Source of the DNA: Saprospiraceae bacterium | GTDB lineage: Bacteria > Bacteroidota > Bacteroidia > Chitinophagales > Saprospiraceae | NCBI GenBank assembly: GCA_016714085.1 | Contig: JADJNW010000019.1 | Coordinates: 11,248 to 75,247, forward strand | DNA: 64,000 nucleotides | Reading direction: 5' to 3' | In this document: piece by piece, positions 38,466 to 46,458 of the stretch | Layout: the number at the start of each line of letters is the position of its first letter | How positions within the stretch are numbered: the first letter of the stretch is position 1 | Made by a program: the position numbers and the translations under genes | The notes under the pieces: generated by a model | The model's input: the letters and a program-made list of their open reading frames with translations, nothing else | Told to the model about the DNA's origin: nothing | Database searches by the model: none

Positions 38466-39416
38466 TTAAAAGCGCTTTACAGATTCTATGATATACAATG
38501 GTCGTTGTTTTATTTCACTATAAATATTTGATAAATAAATCGACATAATGTAAAGATTTAAACAAGTCACTGCAAAAAAAACAGAAATCAATACGACTAG
38601 GAAAGTCCAGCCGGTAGAAGGTTCGCCAAGATTACCAAACAAGTCAATTCCGGTGAGTTTTACTTTTAATGCGTTTATAATAACGCCGATTAAAAAAATA
38701 AATGAAAAAATAAAAATCCATAATAATAAAGTACGCAAGAAGGAAGTGTAAGATGTAATTACTACAAGTGATGTGCGGAAACGCTCGGAAAATCGTTCTT
38801 CATTGGCGTTTTCAGAAGTATTAATTTCGATATAAGAAGTACTATAGCCCACCAGCGAATAAATGGCTTTCATGTAGCGAAGATTTTCGCGCAAACGCAG
38901 TAATGAATTGAGCGCCCGCCGTGATATCAGGCGTGTATCCAATGCTTTTTCATCGACTTGCAAGGCAGAATAACGCCGCATAATAATATAAAATAAGCGA
39001 TGTAATAATCGATAACGCAGCGACATTTTTCTTGCGCGTGCGCGAAGATAAACGATATCATATCCCTTTTGAGCTTGTTGAAATAAGTCGAGCAAAATTT
39101 GAGCTTGTTGATAAAAAGCGAGTTCAAAAATAATGGTATAATCACCATTGGCGCGGTCAAGCCCGGCTACGATAGCATGATTACGAAGGGTCGTAGCAGA
39201 AAGATTCAGTAAAAAGATATTTTGTTTTAAATCTGCTTCTAAAGGTGTAATATTCGTATCAAAATCTGCCTGGGTATGATTATTTACTAAAATAATTTCA
39301 TAATCCGCAAAGTTCGATTTGAGAATAGGGTAAAGGTTGTTCAATAAATCAGGTAAGACTTTAGCTTCATACGGATCGTTTATGACAATAACAACAGATA
39401 ATAAACTATTATACAT
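38466..39416 (-). CDS. GtrB-like family-2 glycosyltransferase homologue with two C-terminal TM helices and degenerate acidic motifs
   Basis: It is colinear with bactoprenol glucosyltransferase GtrB, including the C-terminal YSEIKQRPLYIIESVKRF. However, the VDDGS-type motif reads VNNHT and the DxD motif reads ELA (GDYTIIFELAF). Confidence 0.7.
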   Translation of the reverse strand: MYNSLLSVVIVINDPYEAKVLPDLLNNLYPILKSNFADYEIILVNNHTQADFDTNITPLEADLKQNIFLLNLSATTLRNHAIVAGLDRANGDYTIIFELAFYQQAQILLDLFQQAQKGYDIVYLRARARKMSLRYRLLHRLFYIIMRRYSALQVDEKALDTRLISRRALNSLLRLRENLRYMKAIYSLVGYSTSYIEINTSENANEERFSERFRTSLVVITSYTSFLRTLLLWIFIFSFIFLIGVIINALKVKLTGIDLFGNLGEPSTGWTFLVVLISVFFAVTCLNLYIMSIYLSNIYSEIKQRPLYIIESVKRF

Positions 39417-39690
39417 ATTTAATTGGGTTATTAGTTATCGGTTATTGGGGTATTTGGGAATATCAGGCAGAAAATTTAGGGCGAAAATGTGACTTATCGT
39501 ATTTTTTAACATCTAAATAAAAAAAACTTACGTAAAACTTTGTATTTGTAGTTGTTTTGTTAATAAATTGCAATTACATCTAAAGTACAGAGAAAGAACG
39601 ATTTTTGCGCACTTGGAGGTGAATAATTGAAAAACAGCACATAACACCAGACCCATAGACAAACACTAAACGAGCGGACAGCAGGTTGTT

Positions 39691-41769
39691 ATGCCAAAAG
39701 AATTCCCATTTTATCAGCAATTAGACGCCATGGATTGTGGCGCTACATGCCTTCGGATGATTGCCCGGCACTACGGCAGATACTACTCTTTGGAGCAGCT
39801 GCGCGAGATGACCTATATGGGCAAGCAGGGCGTTACTTTGTTGGGAATCAGCGATGCCGCGGAGCATATCGGTCTACAATCGTTGGCACTTAAAACTACT
39901 TATGATCGCTTGATTCGAGACATTCCCTTGCCTTGCATTGCGCATTGGAATGAAGAACATTTTGTGGTCGTTTATAAAGCTAATAAAAATAGTGTTTGGA
40001 TTGCGGATCCTGCAGAAGGTAAATTCAAGCTTTCAAAAAAAGAATTTCTTGAGAGTTGGGTGGATGAAGAAGATGACGGAGAAAAATTGGGCGTATTATT
40101 ACTCTTGGAACCTACGCCAGAATTCTACGAACACGATGGAGAACAAGTTGATAAAGCCGGATTTGGCTATATTCTTTCTTATTTTCGGAAATACCAAAGT
40201 TTGATTGGGCAGTTAGTGCTCGGATTAATCCTTGGGAGTGTTCTTCAACTCATATTTCCATTTCTGATCAAAGCCATCGTAGATGTAGGGATTAATACGC
40301 TTGATGTTTCCTTTATCACACTGGTATTGGTAGCTCAATTGGTCCTTTTTGCTACGCAGGTGGTAGTAGAATTCTTCCGAAGTTGGATATTGTTGCACGT
40401 TGGTGTACGCGTCAATATCAGTTTGATTTCCGATTTTTTGATAAAACTGACCAAATTACCCCTTCGATTTTTTGATAGCCGGATGACGGGAGACTTGATG
40501 CAGCGCATAGCTGACCATGAGCGCGTTCAGCGATTTTTCTCTTCTACAACACTTATTTCAGTTTTCTCTTTTTTCAATTTTCTAGCCTTTTCAGCGGTCT
40601 TACTGATTTGGAAACCAGTTGTTTTTATTGTGTTTTTCTTGGGCACCTTGCTCAATATTGCATGGATTCTGTTCTTCATGCGTCGAAGACGTGATTTGGA
40701 TTACAAGCGATTCGATCAGTCGGCTGAAAAAGGTCTGAGTTCATTGCGAATCGAGCAATTGCAGCGCTCCGGGGCAGTATTCATTAATGAAGCAAAAAAT
40801 GTGTTGATTACTTTTATCGTTGCGACAGCAGTGATAAATGTGGAAATGACCTTGGGGATGTTGGTGGCGATTCAGTATATCGTCGGGCAATTAAATTCTC
40901 CTTTGAATCAATTGGTTGAGTTTGTACGTTCCTTCCAGGAAGCCAGGATTAGCCTGGAACGAATGAATGAAATTCATATCAAAGAAGACGAAGAGACCCA
41001 TGCAGGCAAGATTACACTACTGCCAGAGTATGGTGATTTGATTGTGGAAAATCTGTCTTTTCAATACGAAGGCCCGCATTCGCCGATGGCTCTTCGAGAC
41101 ATCAATTTATACATTCCCCGCGGTCGTACCACCGCAATCGTAGGCAGCAGTGGAAGCGGGAAAACAACTTTGTTGAAATTATTGCTCAATTTTTATCAGC
41201 CTACAGATGGTGTGATTCGGGTTGGAGATGTGAATTTATCTAATATCGAAACCCGGATGTGGCGTAGCCAATGCGGGGTAGTAATGCAAGAAGGCTATAT
41301 TTTCAATGATACCATTGCACATAATATCGCACTTGGAGACGAAATTATTGATAAACAGAAATTATTAAAGGCTGTAAAAGTCGCTAATATCCAAAACTTT
41401 ATCGAAGCCTTGCCGCTTGGTTATAATACTAAAATTGGACAAGATGGTATTGGCGTAAGCCAGGGACAAAAGCAACGACTCTTGATCGCACGGGCGGTTT
41501 ACAAAAATCCTGAATATATCTTTTTTGATGAAGCAACTACATCGTTGGATGCGTATAATGAAATGTTGATTATGGAGAACCTGGAAGAATTTTTCCGGCA
41601 TCGTACAGTGGTTATTGTAGCGCATCGCTTGAGCACGGTTGTGAATGCAGATAATATCGTAGTATTGGAAGGTGGCGAAATCGTTGAACAAGGAACACAT
41701 GATGAACTTACCTATATTAGAGGAGCTTATTATCAATTGATTCGCAATCAGTTAGAATTGGGAGCGTAG
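39691..41769 (+). CDS. Peptidase C39 domain-containing ABC transporter (double-glycine leader peptide/bacteriocin exporter)
   Basis: The C39 catalytic context is YQQLDAMDCGATCLRMIARHYG and CIAHWNEEHFVVVY. A six-helix TMD follows, then an NBD with GSSGSGKTT, VSQGQKQRLLIARAV, IFFDEATTSLD and VIVAHRLST. Confidence 0.9.
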   Translation: MPKEFPFYQQLDAMDCGATCLRMIARHYGRYYSLEQLREMTYMGKQGVTLLGISDAAEHIGLQSLALKTTYDRLIRDIPLPCIAHWNEEHFVVVYKANKNSVWIADPAEGKFKLSKKEFLESWVDEEDDGEKLGVLLLLEPTPEFYEHDGEQVDKAGFGYILSYFRKYQSLIGQLVLGLILGSVLQLIFPFLIKAIVDVGINTLDVSFITLVLVAQLVLFATQVVVEFFRSWILLHVGVRVNISLISDFLIKLTKLPLRFFDSRMTGDLMQRIADHERVQRFFSSTTLISVFSFFNFLAFSAVLLIWKPVVFIVFFLGTLLNIAWILFFMRRRRDLDYKRFDQSAEKGLSSLRIEQLQRSGAVFINEAKNVLITFIVATAVINVEMTLGMLVAIQYIVGQLNSPLNQLVEFVRSFQEARISLERMNEIHIKEDEETHAGKITLLPEYGDLIVENLSFQYEGPHSPMALRDINLYIPRGRTTAIVGSSGSGKTTLLKLLLNFYQPTDGVIRVGDVNLSNIETRMWRSQCGVVMQEGYIFNDTIAHNIALGDEIIDKQKLLKAVKVANIQNFIEALPLGYNTKIGQDGIGVSQGQKQRLLIARAVYKNPEYIFFDEATTSLDAYNEMLIMENLEEFFRHRTVVIVAHRLSTVVNADNIVVLEGGEIVEQGTHDELTYIRGAYYQLIRNQLELGA

Positions 41770-41826
41770 GTTGGGATATTAGGATATTGAGCTTTCTATA
41801 AGCCTGTTATCTTTAAATTATTTTAA

Positions 41827-43125
41827 ATGCAACAACATATAGATGATATAGAAATCAGGAGTGAAGAAGTCCAGGAAATACTGGGTACTCCACCAAGTTG
41901 GCTGGTACGCTGGGGTACAACGGTTGCCTTGATTGCTTTTGTAGTGTTGGTTTGGGTGACTTTTTGGATAAAATATCCTGAGGTAGTAAGCGGAGAAATT
42001 AAAGTGACATCCACCGAGCCGCCGAGAAAAATATATGCTGAAAATCCTGCAACCATTGCGAGAGTTCTGGTTCGAAATGAACAGATCGTCGATAGTGGGG
42101 AAGCTTTGTTGTCATTCAGGAGCACTGCCAATGTAGATGATGTGATGTCTTTTGAAACGATATTGGATCAGGTAAAAGAACTCAACGATTCGGAGCTACT
42201 AGAATTTCAGCCACCTACCAATTTATTATTAGGCGATATTCAAAACCAGATTTACGATTTTCTTCAAAAACAAGAGGAATACAAACAAGCTACCTCCAGT
42301 CGTTCGAGTAGAGTAAATACAAGGGATAAGGAGCGTGAAATCGCTAAGCTAGAAAAGGAAATTAGAGACAATAATCAACAACAGCAACACCTTCAGGATC
42401 AAATTGAATCCTTGAGTATTCAAGCCGCTAAACAGCAACAGCAATATCAAGAACGGAAAATTACTTTGAAACAATTGCGCGATACACAGGATGCCCTGCG
42501 TGACTTGGAGCGTACACGACAAGGTATTGTCTCGGATACCAAAAGTAAGCAGTTTGATATTCGAATGCTTGAAAATGAAATAAAAGGTGATCGGGTTAGC
42601 GCTCGATCGAGTAGTGGCGTTGCGTCGGAGGCTTTAAAATCGCAGTTTATCAAGATGCAAGAAACGGTGCAAGCTTGGAAAAAACAATATTTGGTCGTAG
42701 CGCCGATCAAAGGAATGGTGGCTTTTACTAATAACAAAGTGAATATCAGCGAACAACAGTTTATTTTAAAAGATGTAGAATTAATGTCGGTTGTGCCTAC
42801 GGAATCTACGGAAACCATCGGCAATATGTTTTTAAGTCTTGATGGATCCGGCAAAGTTGATACAGGTCAACAAGTAGTGGTAAAACTTAAAAGTTACCCA
42901 TTTTACGAATATGGAGCGGTGATGGGGCGCGTGAAGTGGAAAGGTAAAATCCCTACGGATGATGATAAAATCCCGGTACAAATTGATTTCCCAAAAGGTT
43001 TATTAACTACGCGTGATAAGCTGATCGAACCAGCCCAGGAAATGAACGGCACAGCCGAGATTATTACCTCCGACAAGCGTTTGATTGACAAGATTTTCGA
43101 AAATATGCGTAAGATTGCCAATTGA
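41827..43125 (+). CDS. HlyD-family secretion (membrane fusion) protein, partner of the C39 ABC exporter
   Basis: It has an N-terminal TM (TTVALIAFVVLVWVTFW), a long Q/E-rich coiled coil and a C-terminal beta domain (GQQVVVKLKSYPFYEYGAVMGRV...GTAEIIT). It sits directly downstream of the exporter. Confidence 0.8.
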   Translation: MQQHIDDIEIRSEEVQEILGTPPSWLVRWGTTVALIAFVVLVWVTFWIKYPEVVSGEIKVTSTEPPRKIYAENPATIARVLVRNEQIVDSGEALLSFRSTANVDDVMSFETILDQVKELNDSELLEFQPPTNLLLGDIQNQIYDFLQKQEEYKQATSSRSSRVNTRDKEREIAKLEKEIRDNNQQQQHLQDQIESLSIQAAKQQQQYQERKITLKQLRDTQDALRDLERTRQGIVSDTKSKQFDIRMLENEIKGDRVSARSSSGVASEALKSQFIKMQETVQAWKKQYLVVAPIKGMVAFTNNKVNISEQQFILKDVELMSVVPTESTETIGNMFLSLDGSGKVDTGQQVVVKLKSYPFYEYGAVMGRVKWKGKIPTDDDKIPVQIDFPKGLLTTRDKLIEPAQEMNGTAEIITSDKRLIDKIFENMRKIAN

Positions 43126-43170
43126 AGTTTGGAAGTTTTATGCTTTTTAAACCTTAAACTTCCAAACTTC
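43124..43170. terminator. Perfect 15-bp stem hairpin between convergent hlyD-like and lpdA genes (no clear U-tract)
   Basis: Arm gaagtttggaagttt (43124-43138) pairs with aaacttccaaacttc (43156-43170) across a 17-nt loop. The left arm overlaps the HlyD stop codon. Confidence 0.5.
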
Positions 43171-43180
43171 CAAACCTCAC

Positions 43181-44578
43181 CTAAATATGAATCACTTCGC
43201 CGTAAGCTGCTGCTGCTGCTTCCATAATTGCTTCGCTCATGGTAGGGTGCGGGTGTACGGATTTAATGATTTCGTGTCCTGTTGTTTCTAATTTTCGAGT
43301 GGCCACAACTTCAGCTATCAACTCTGTTACGTTTAAACCGATCATGTGCGCTCCAAGAAACTCGCCGTATTTCGCATCGAAAATAAGCTTTACAAAACCT
43401 ACTTTTGCACCGGCAGCGCTGGCTTTGCCAGATGCTGAATAAGGAAACTTACCGACTTTGACTTCATAACCTGCTTCTTTGGCTGCTTTCTCTGTATACC
43501 CGACCGAAGCAATTTCCGGGCTGCAATAAGTACAAGACGGAATATTGTTGTAATCGATTGGCTCAGGATTCAACCCTGCGATTTTTTCAACGCAAGTAAT
43601 GCCCTCTGCGCTGGCTACGTGGGCAAGCGCAGGCCCTGGAATTACATCTCCAATCGCATAAATGCCTGGCACATTGGTACGATAAAATTCATCTACGTTA
43701 ATGACGCCTCGATCCGTAGTGATACCTAACTCTTCCAGCCCAATGTTTTCAGTGTTTGGGGTAACGCCCGCAGCGGAAAGTACTACATCACACTTAATTT
43801 CTTCGGTCTTACCATCTTTGCGACTTTTCACCAACACTTTGCATTCACGACCGCTGGTATCAACCGATTCCACCGAAGTATTCGCCAACACTCGAATGCC
43901 ACTTTTGGTATAAATCTTGGTTAATTCTTTAGAAATCTCTTCGTCTTCGCGAGGCACCAGCCCTTGCTCCAAAAATTCTACGATCGTTACTTCTGTACCA
44001 ATCGAATGATAGAAATAAGCAAACTCCACGCCAATAGCGCCCGCGCCAACCACAACCATTGATTTTGGTTGCTTCTCTAAAGACATTGCTTTGCGGTACT
44101 CGATGATTTTCTTTCCATCGATTTTCAAATTAGGCAACTCCTTTGCCCGGCCACCAGTAGCAATGATGATATGCGAAGCAGTATATTCTTTCTTATTGCC
44201 ATCAGCATCGGTTACTTCTACTTTTTTTCCGCGCATCAATTTACCTGTACCGTTGATAACATCAATTTTGTTTTTACGCATCAAAAAACTGATACCCTTG
44301 CTCATACCATCTGCCACTCCACGACTGCGGGCAATCATTCCATCAAAATCAACTTTAGCACTGCCTACTTTGATCCCATAATCCTCGGCGTGGCTAATAT
44401 ATTCAAACACTTGGGCGCTTTTCAATAAAGCTTTGGTAGGAATGCAACCCCAATTGAGACAGATACCTCCAAGTGATTCCCGTTCTATAACTGCCGTTTT
44501 TAAACCTAACTGGGAGCCTCGAATAGCGGCGACGTATCCGCCGGGGCCACTTCCTATTACAATCAAATCGTAATTCAT
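43181..44578 (-). CDS. lpdA: Dihydrolipoyl dehydrogenase (E3 component)
   Basis: DLIVIGSGPGGYVAAIRGSQLG, the redox-active GGICLNWGCIPTKAL, VVVGAGAIGVEFA and the C-terminal HPHPTMSEA are present. Confidence 0.95.
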   Translation of the reverse strand: MNYDLIVIGSGPGGYVAAIRGSQLGLKTAVIERESLGGICLNWGCIPTKALLKSAQVFEYISHAEDYGIKVGSAKVDFDGMIARSRGVADGMSKGISFLMRKNKIDVINGTGKLMRGKKVEVTDADGNKKEYTASHIIIATGGRAKELPNLKIDGKKIIEYRKAMSLEKQPKSMVVVGAGAIGVEFAYFYHSIGTEVTIVEFLEQGLVPREDEEISKELTKIYTKSGIRVLANTSVESVDTSGRECKVLVKSRKDGKTEEIKCDVVLSAAGVTPNTENIGLEELGITTDRGVINVDEFYRTNVPGIYAIGDVIPGPALAHVASAEGITCVEKIAGLNPEPIDYNNIPSCTYCSPEIASVGYTEKAAKEAGYEVKVGKFPYSASGKASAAGAKVGFVKLIFDAKYGEFLGAHMIGLNVTELIAEVVATRKLETTGHEIIKSVHPHPTMSEAIMEAAAAAYGEVIHI

Positions 44579-44655
44579 AAATTAGTGAAGTTTTAAGTTG
44601 ATTGAATCCTTTTCCTCGAACACTTTCCACACAATCCTGGTTTTACAAAACGGCG

Positions 44656-44663
44656 CAAATATA
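44656..44663 (-). promoter_or_regulatory. Candidate Bacteroidota -7 promoter box (TATATTTG, consensus TAnnTTTG) for lpdA
   Basis: The minus strand reads ccctatatttgcgcc about 80 nt upstream of the lpdA ATG and downstream of the terminator at 44685-44721. Confidence 0.4.
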
Positions 44664-44684
44664 GGGAATTCAGGTACTTCTTCC

Positions 44685-44721
44685 AAAATAAAAAACTCCG
44701 CTACAATTTTCTGTAGCAGAG
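44685..44721 (-). terminator. Rho-independent terminator (minus strand) with no ORF directly upstream of it
   Basis: The minus-strand RNA reads cucugcuaca-gaaaau-uguagcggag followed by UUUUUUAUUUU. The stem is 10 bp with one G.U pair. The nearest upstream stop codon (45122) is ~400 nt away. Confidence 0.65.
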
Positions 44722-45121
44722 CTTGCCTAACTTACTGATACTAATTTATCTTTATAAAGCATACACTTTATTCCACACGAGGGCGGAAGTTGAATCTTCC
44801 TTATAGTCAAGCCTGTTTGGATTGCCCCAGCGACATGAAAGGAAAAGCACCATCTGGAAAATTAACCGATATGTTGTACCCTATTATCATCTATTTTATC
44901 ACTTAGGCGATTGTAAAGGTATAAATTCTGCGCTAACCGAGCAAGCAATTTTGATAAAAAATCGACAGGAGAAAGTACAAAGTTAATTATCAATTTTTTG
45001 ATTAAAATGTTGATTTATAATAAATTATGATTTAAATGTTTAATTAAACTAAAACTGGTAAATTGATTGTTTTGCCTGAAAATATAGCACTTAGAAGAAA
45101 AAATCATATAGCTAAAAAAAT

Positions 45122-45634
45122 TTAGGGTGCGTCCGAAAGTATAAGCACAAGGGTGGCATTATCGTCGCCCAAAATGCGATCGATTCGTACAAAAAAACCT
45201 TGCTGAATCTCTACACTTTCTGCTAATTTGATGTTTTCTACCTGATTTTCAATTTCTTGTGCCCAACCGGAGAAGACCTGGTAATCAGGGCCAAAACTTC
45301 CGAGCATTCGCATTAAATTAATGGCTTGCGCAATCCAATAAGGTGGTTCATCGGTTGGTGGCGCTCCTGGCAATAAGAATTGAAATTCCTGCCGGATTTG
45401 ATCGCAACCGTTTTGAATCAAGGTCAACTCGACACCATTGCTGAACTTTACTTGTTCTAAGCCTTCATTTTTATTCAATTTAAAAGCATGAGCATTAATA
45501 CCATTTTGATCTGCCTGGAAACTTGCCTCGGGCTTGCCGTATTTGCAACCCTCCGCTTGTGCAGAACTATCCGCCCGACGACAGGCGAACGTTAAGAAAA
45601 TAATAAAAACCAGCATTGTAATCTTATAAGGCAT
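45122..45634 (-). CDS. Hypothetical lipoprotein
   Basis: It has a lipobox-like LTFAC after a hydrophobic N-terminus. No other motif is recognised. Confidence 0.5.
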   Translation of the reverse strand: MPYKITMLVFIIFLTFACRRADSSAQAEGCKYGKPEASFQADQNGINAHAFKLNKNEGLEQVKFSNGVELTLIQNGCDQIRQEFQFLLPGAPPTDEPPYWIAQAINLMRMLGSFGPDYQVFSGWAQEIENQVENIKLAESVEIQQGFFVRIDRILGDDNATLVLILSDAP

Positions 45635-45753
45635 TGCTTTGTAATGTTTTATGATATTATCAAAATTTAAAACCTGAACAAAATGCAGGTTATATCAGTT
45701 AATCTTGATGCTTTACTGATGCTCTAAAATTCAAAAAAATTAAAAATTATTGT

Positions 45754-46449
45754 ATGATTTCATCAAAATATGCTTCCAATGGCAAATTGAATGGAAACGG
45801 CGCTGCTAAACTGTTGAATGGCCTTGTGAAGCATCTTCCTGAACCCGACTATGAAACCCCTTTAAAACCAGATGCTTTCGAACTTTCGGATGAAGAAAAA
45901 GTCGCCCTGATTGAAGATCATTTCCATGAAATTATGGATATTCTTGGGTTGGATTTGACGGACGACTCTTTAAAAGGCACGCCTCGACGAGTAGCCAAAA
46001 TGTTTGTGAAAGAAATTTTTTATGGATTAAATCCTGAAAATAAGCCAGATATATCGCTTTTTGAAAATAAATATCAGTATCGCCAAATGCTGATTGAGAA
46101 GAATATTACTGTAAAATCTTTCTGCGAGCATCATTTTCTACCCATTGTCGGCAAGGCGCATATTGCTTATGTTTCTACGGGAAAAGTCATTGGTTTATCC
46201 AAACTTAATCGCATTGTGGACTATTTTGCGCGCCGCCCGCAAGTACAGGAGCGCCTCACGGTTCAAATCGCGCAGGAACTCAAGCAAATCCTTCATACGG
46301 AAGATGTTGCGGTTTATATCGAAGCAGATCACCAGTGCGTGAAAATGCGCGGAGTAGAACATGATCATAGCTCAACAATTACAACCGATTATAGCGGCAA
46401 GTTTTTAAATGAAAATACCAGAGCTGAGTTTTTACACTCGATTCGATGA
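45754..46449 (+). CDS. folE: GTP cyclohydrolase I (type 1)
   Basis: GTPRRVAKMF, FCEHHFLPIVGKAHIAYV, GLSKLNRIVDYFARRPQVQERLT and HQCVKMRGV are present. Confidence 0.95.
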   Translation: MISSKYASNGKLNGNGAAKLLNGLVKHLPEPDYETPLKPDAFELSDEEKVALIEDHFHEIMDILGLDLTDDSLKGTPRRVAKMFVKEIFYGLNPENKPDISLFENKYQYRQMLIEKNITVKSFCEHHFLPIVGKAHIAYVSTGKVIGLSKLNRIVDYFARRPQVQERLTVQIAQELKQILHTEDVAVYIEADHQCVKMRGVEHDHSSTITTDYSGKFLNENTRAEFLHSIR

Positions 46450-46458
46450 TATGTAAAA

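Noticed and set aside
39691-41769. Suspicion that the C39 ABC exporter (692 aa) carries an internal deletion in its TM domain
   Set aside because: Characterised double-glycine exporters are ~700-720 aa, so the length is within the normal range. I cannot support a deletion without an alignment.
44775-44800. T-arm-like hairpin (ggaag-attcaa-cttcc followed by gccctcg on the minus strand) suggesting a tRNA or tmRNA 3' end
   Set aside because: The loop is 6 nt, not 7, and lacks the TTCRANY pattern. No matching acceptor stem, D or anticodon arms, or CCA context could be built. No tmRNA tag-ORF or GGGGCUGA start is nearby.
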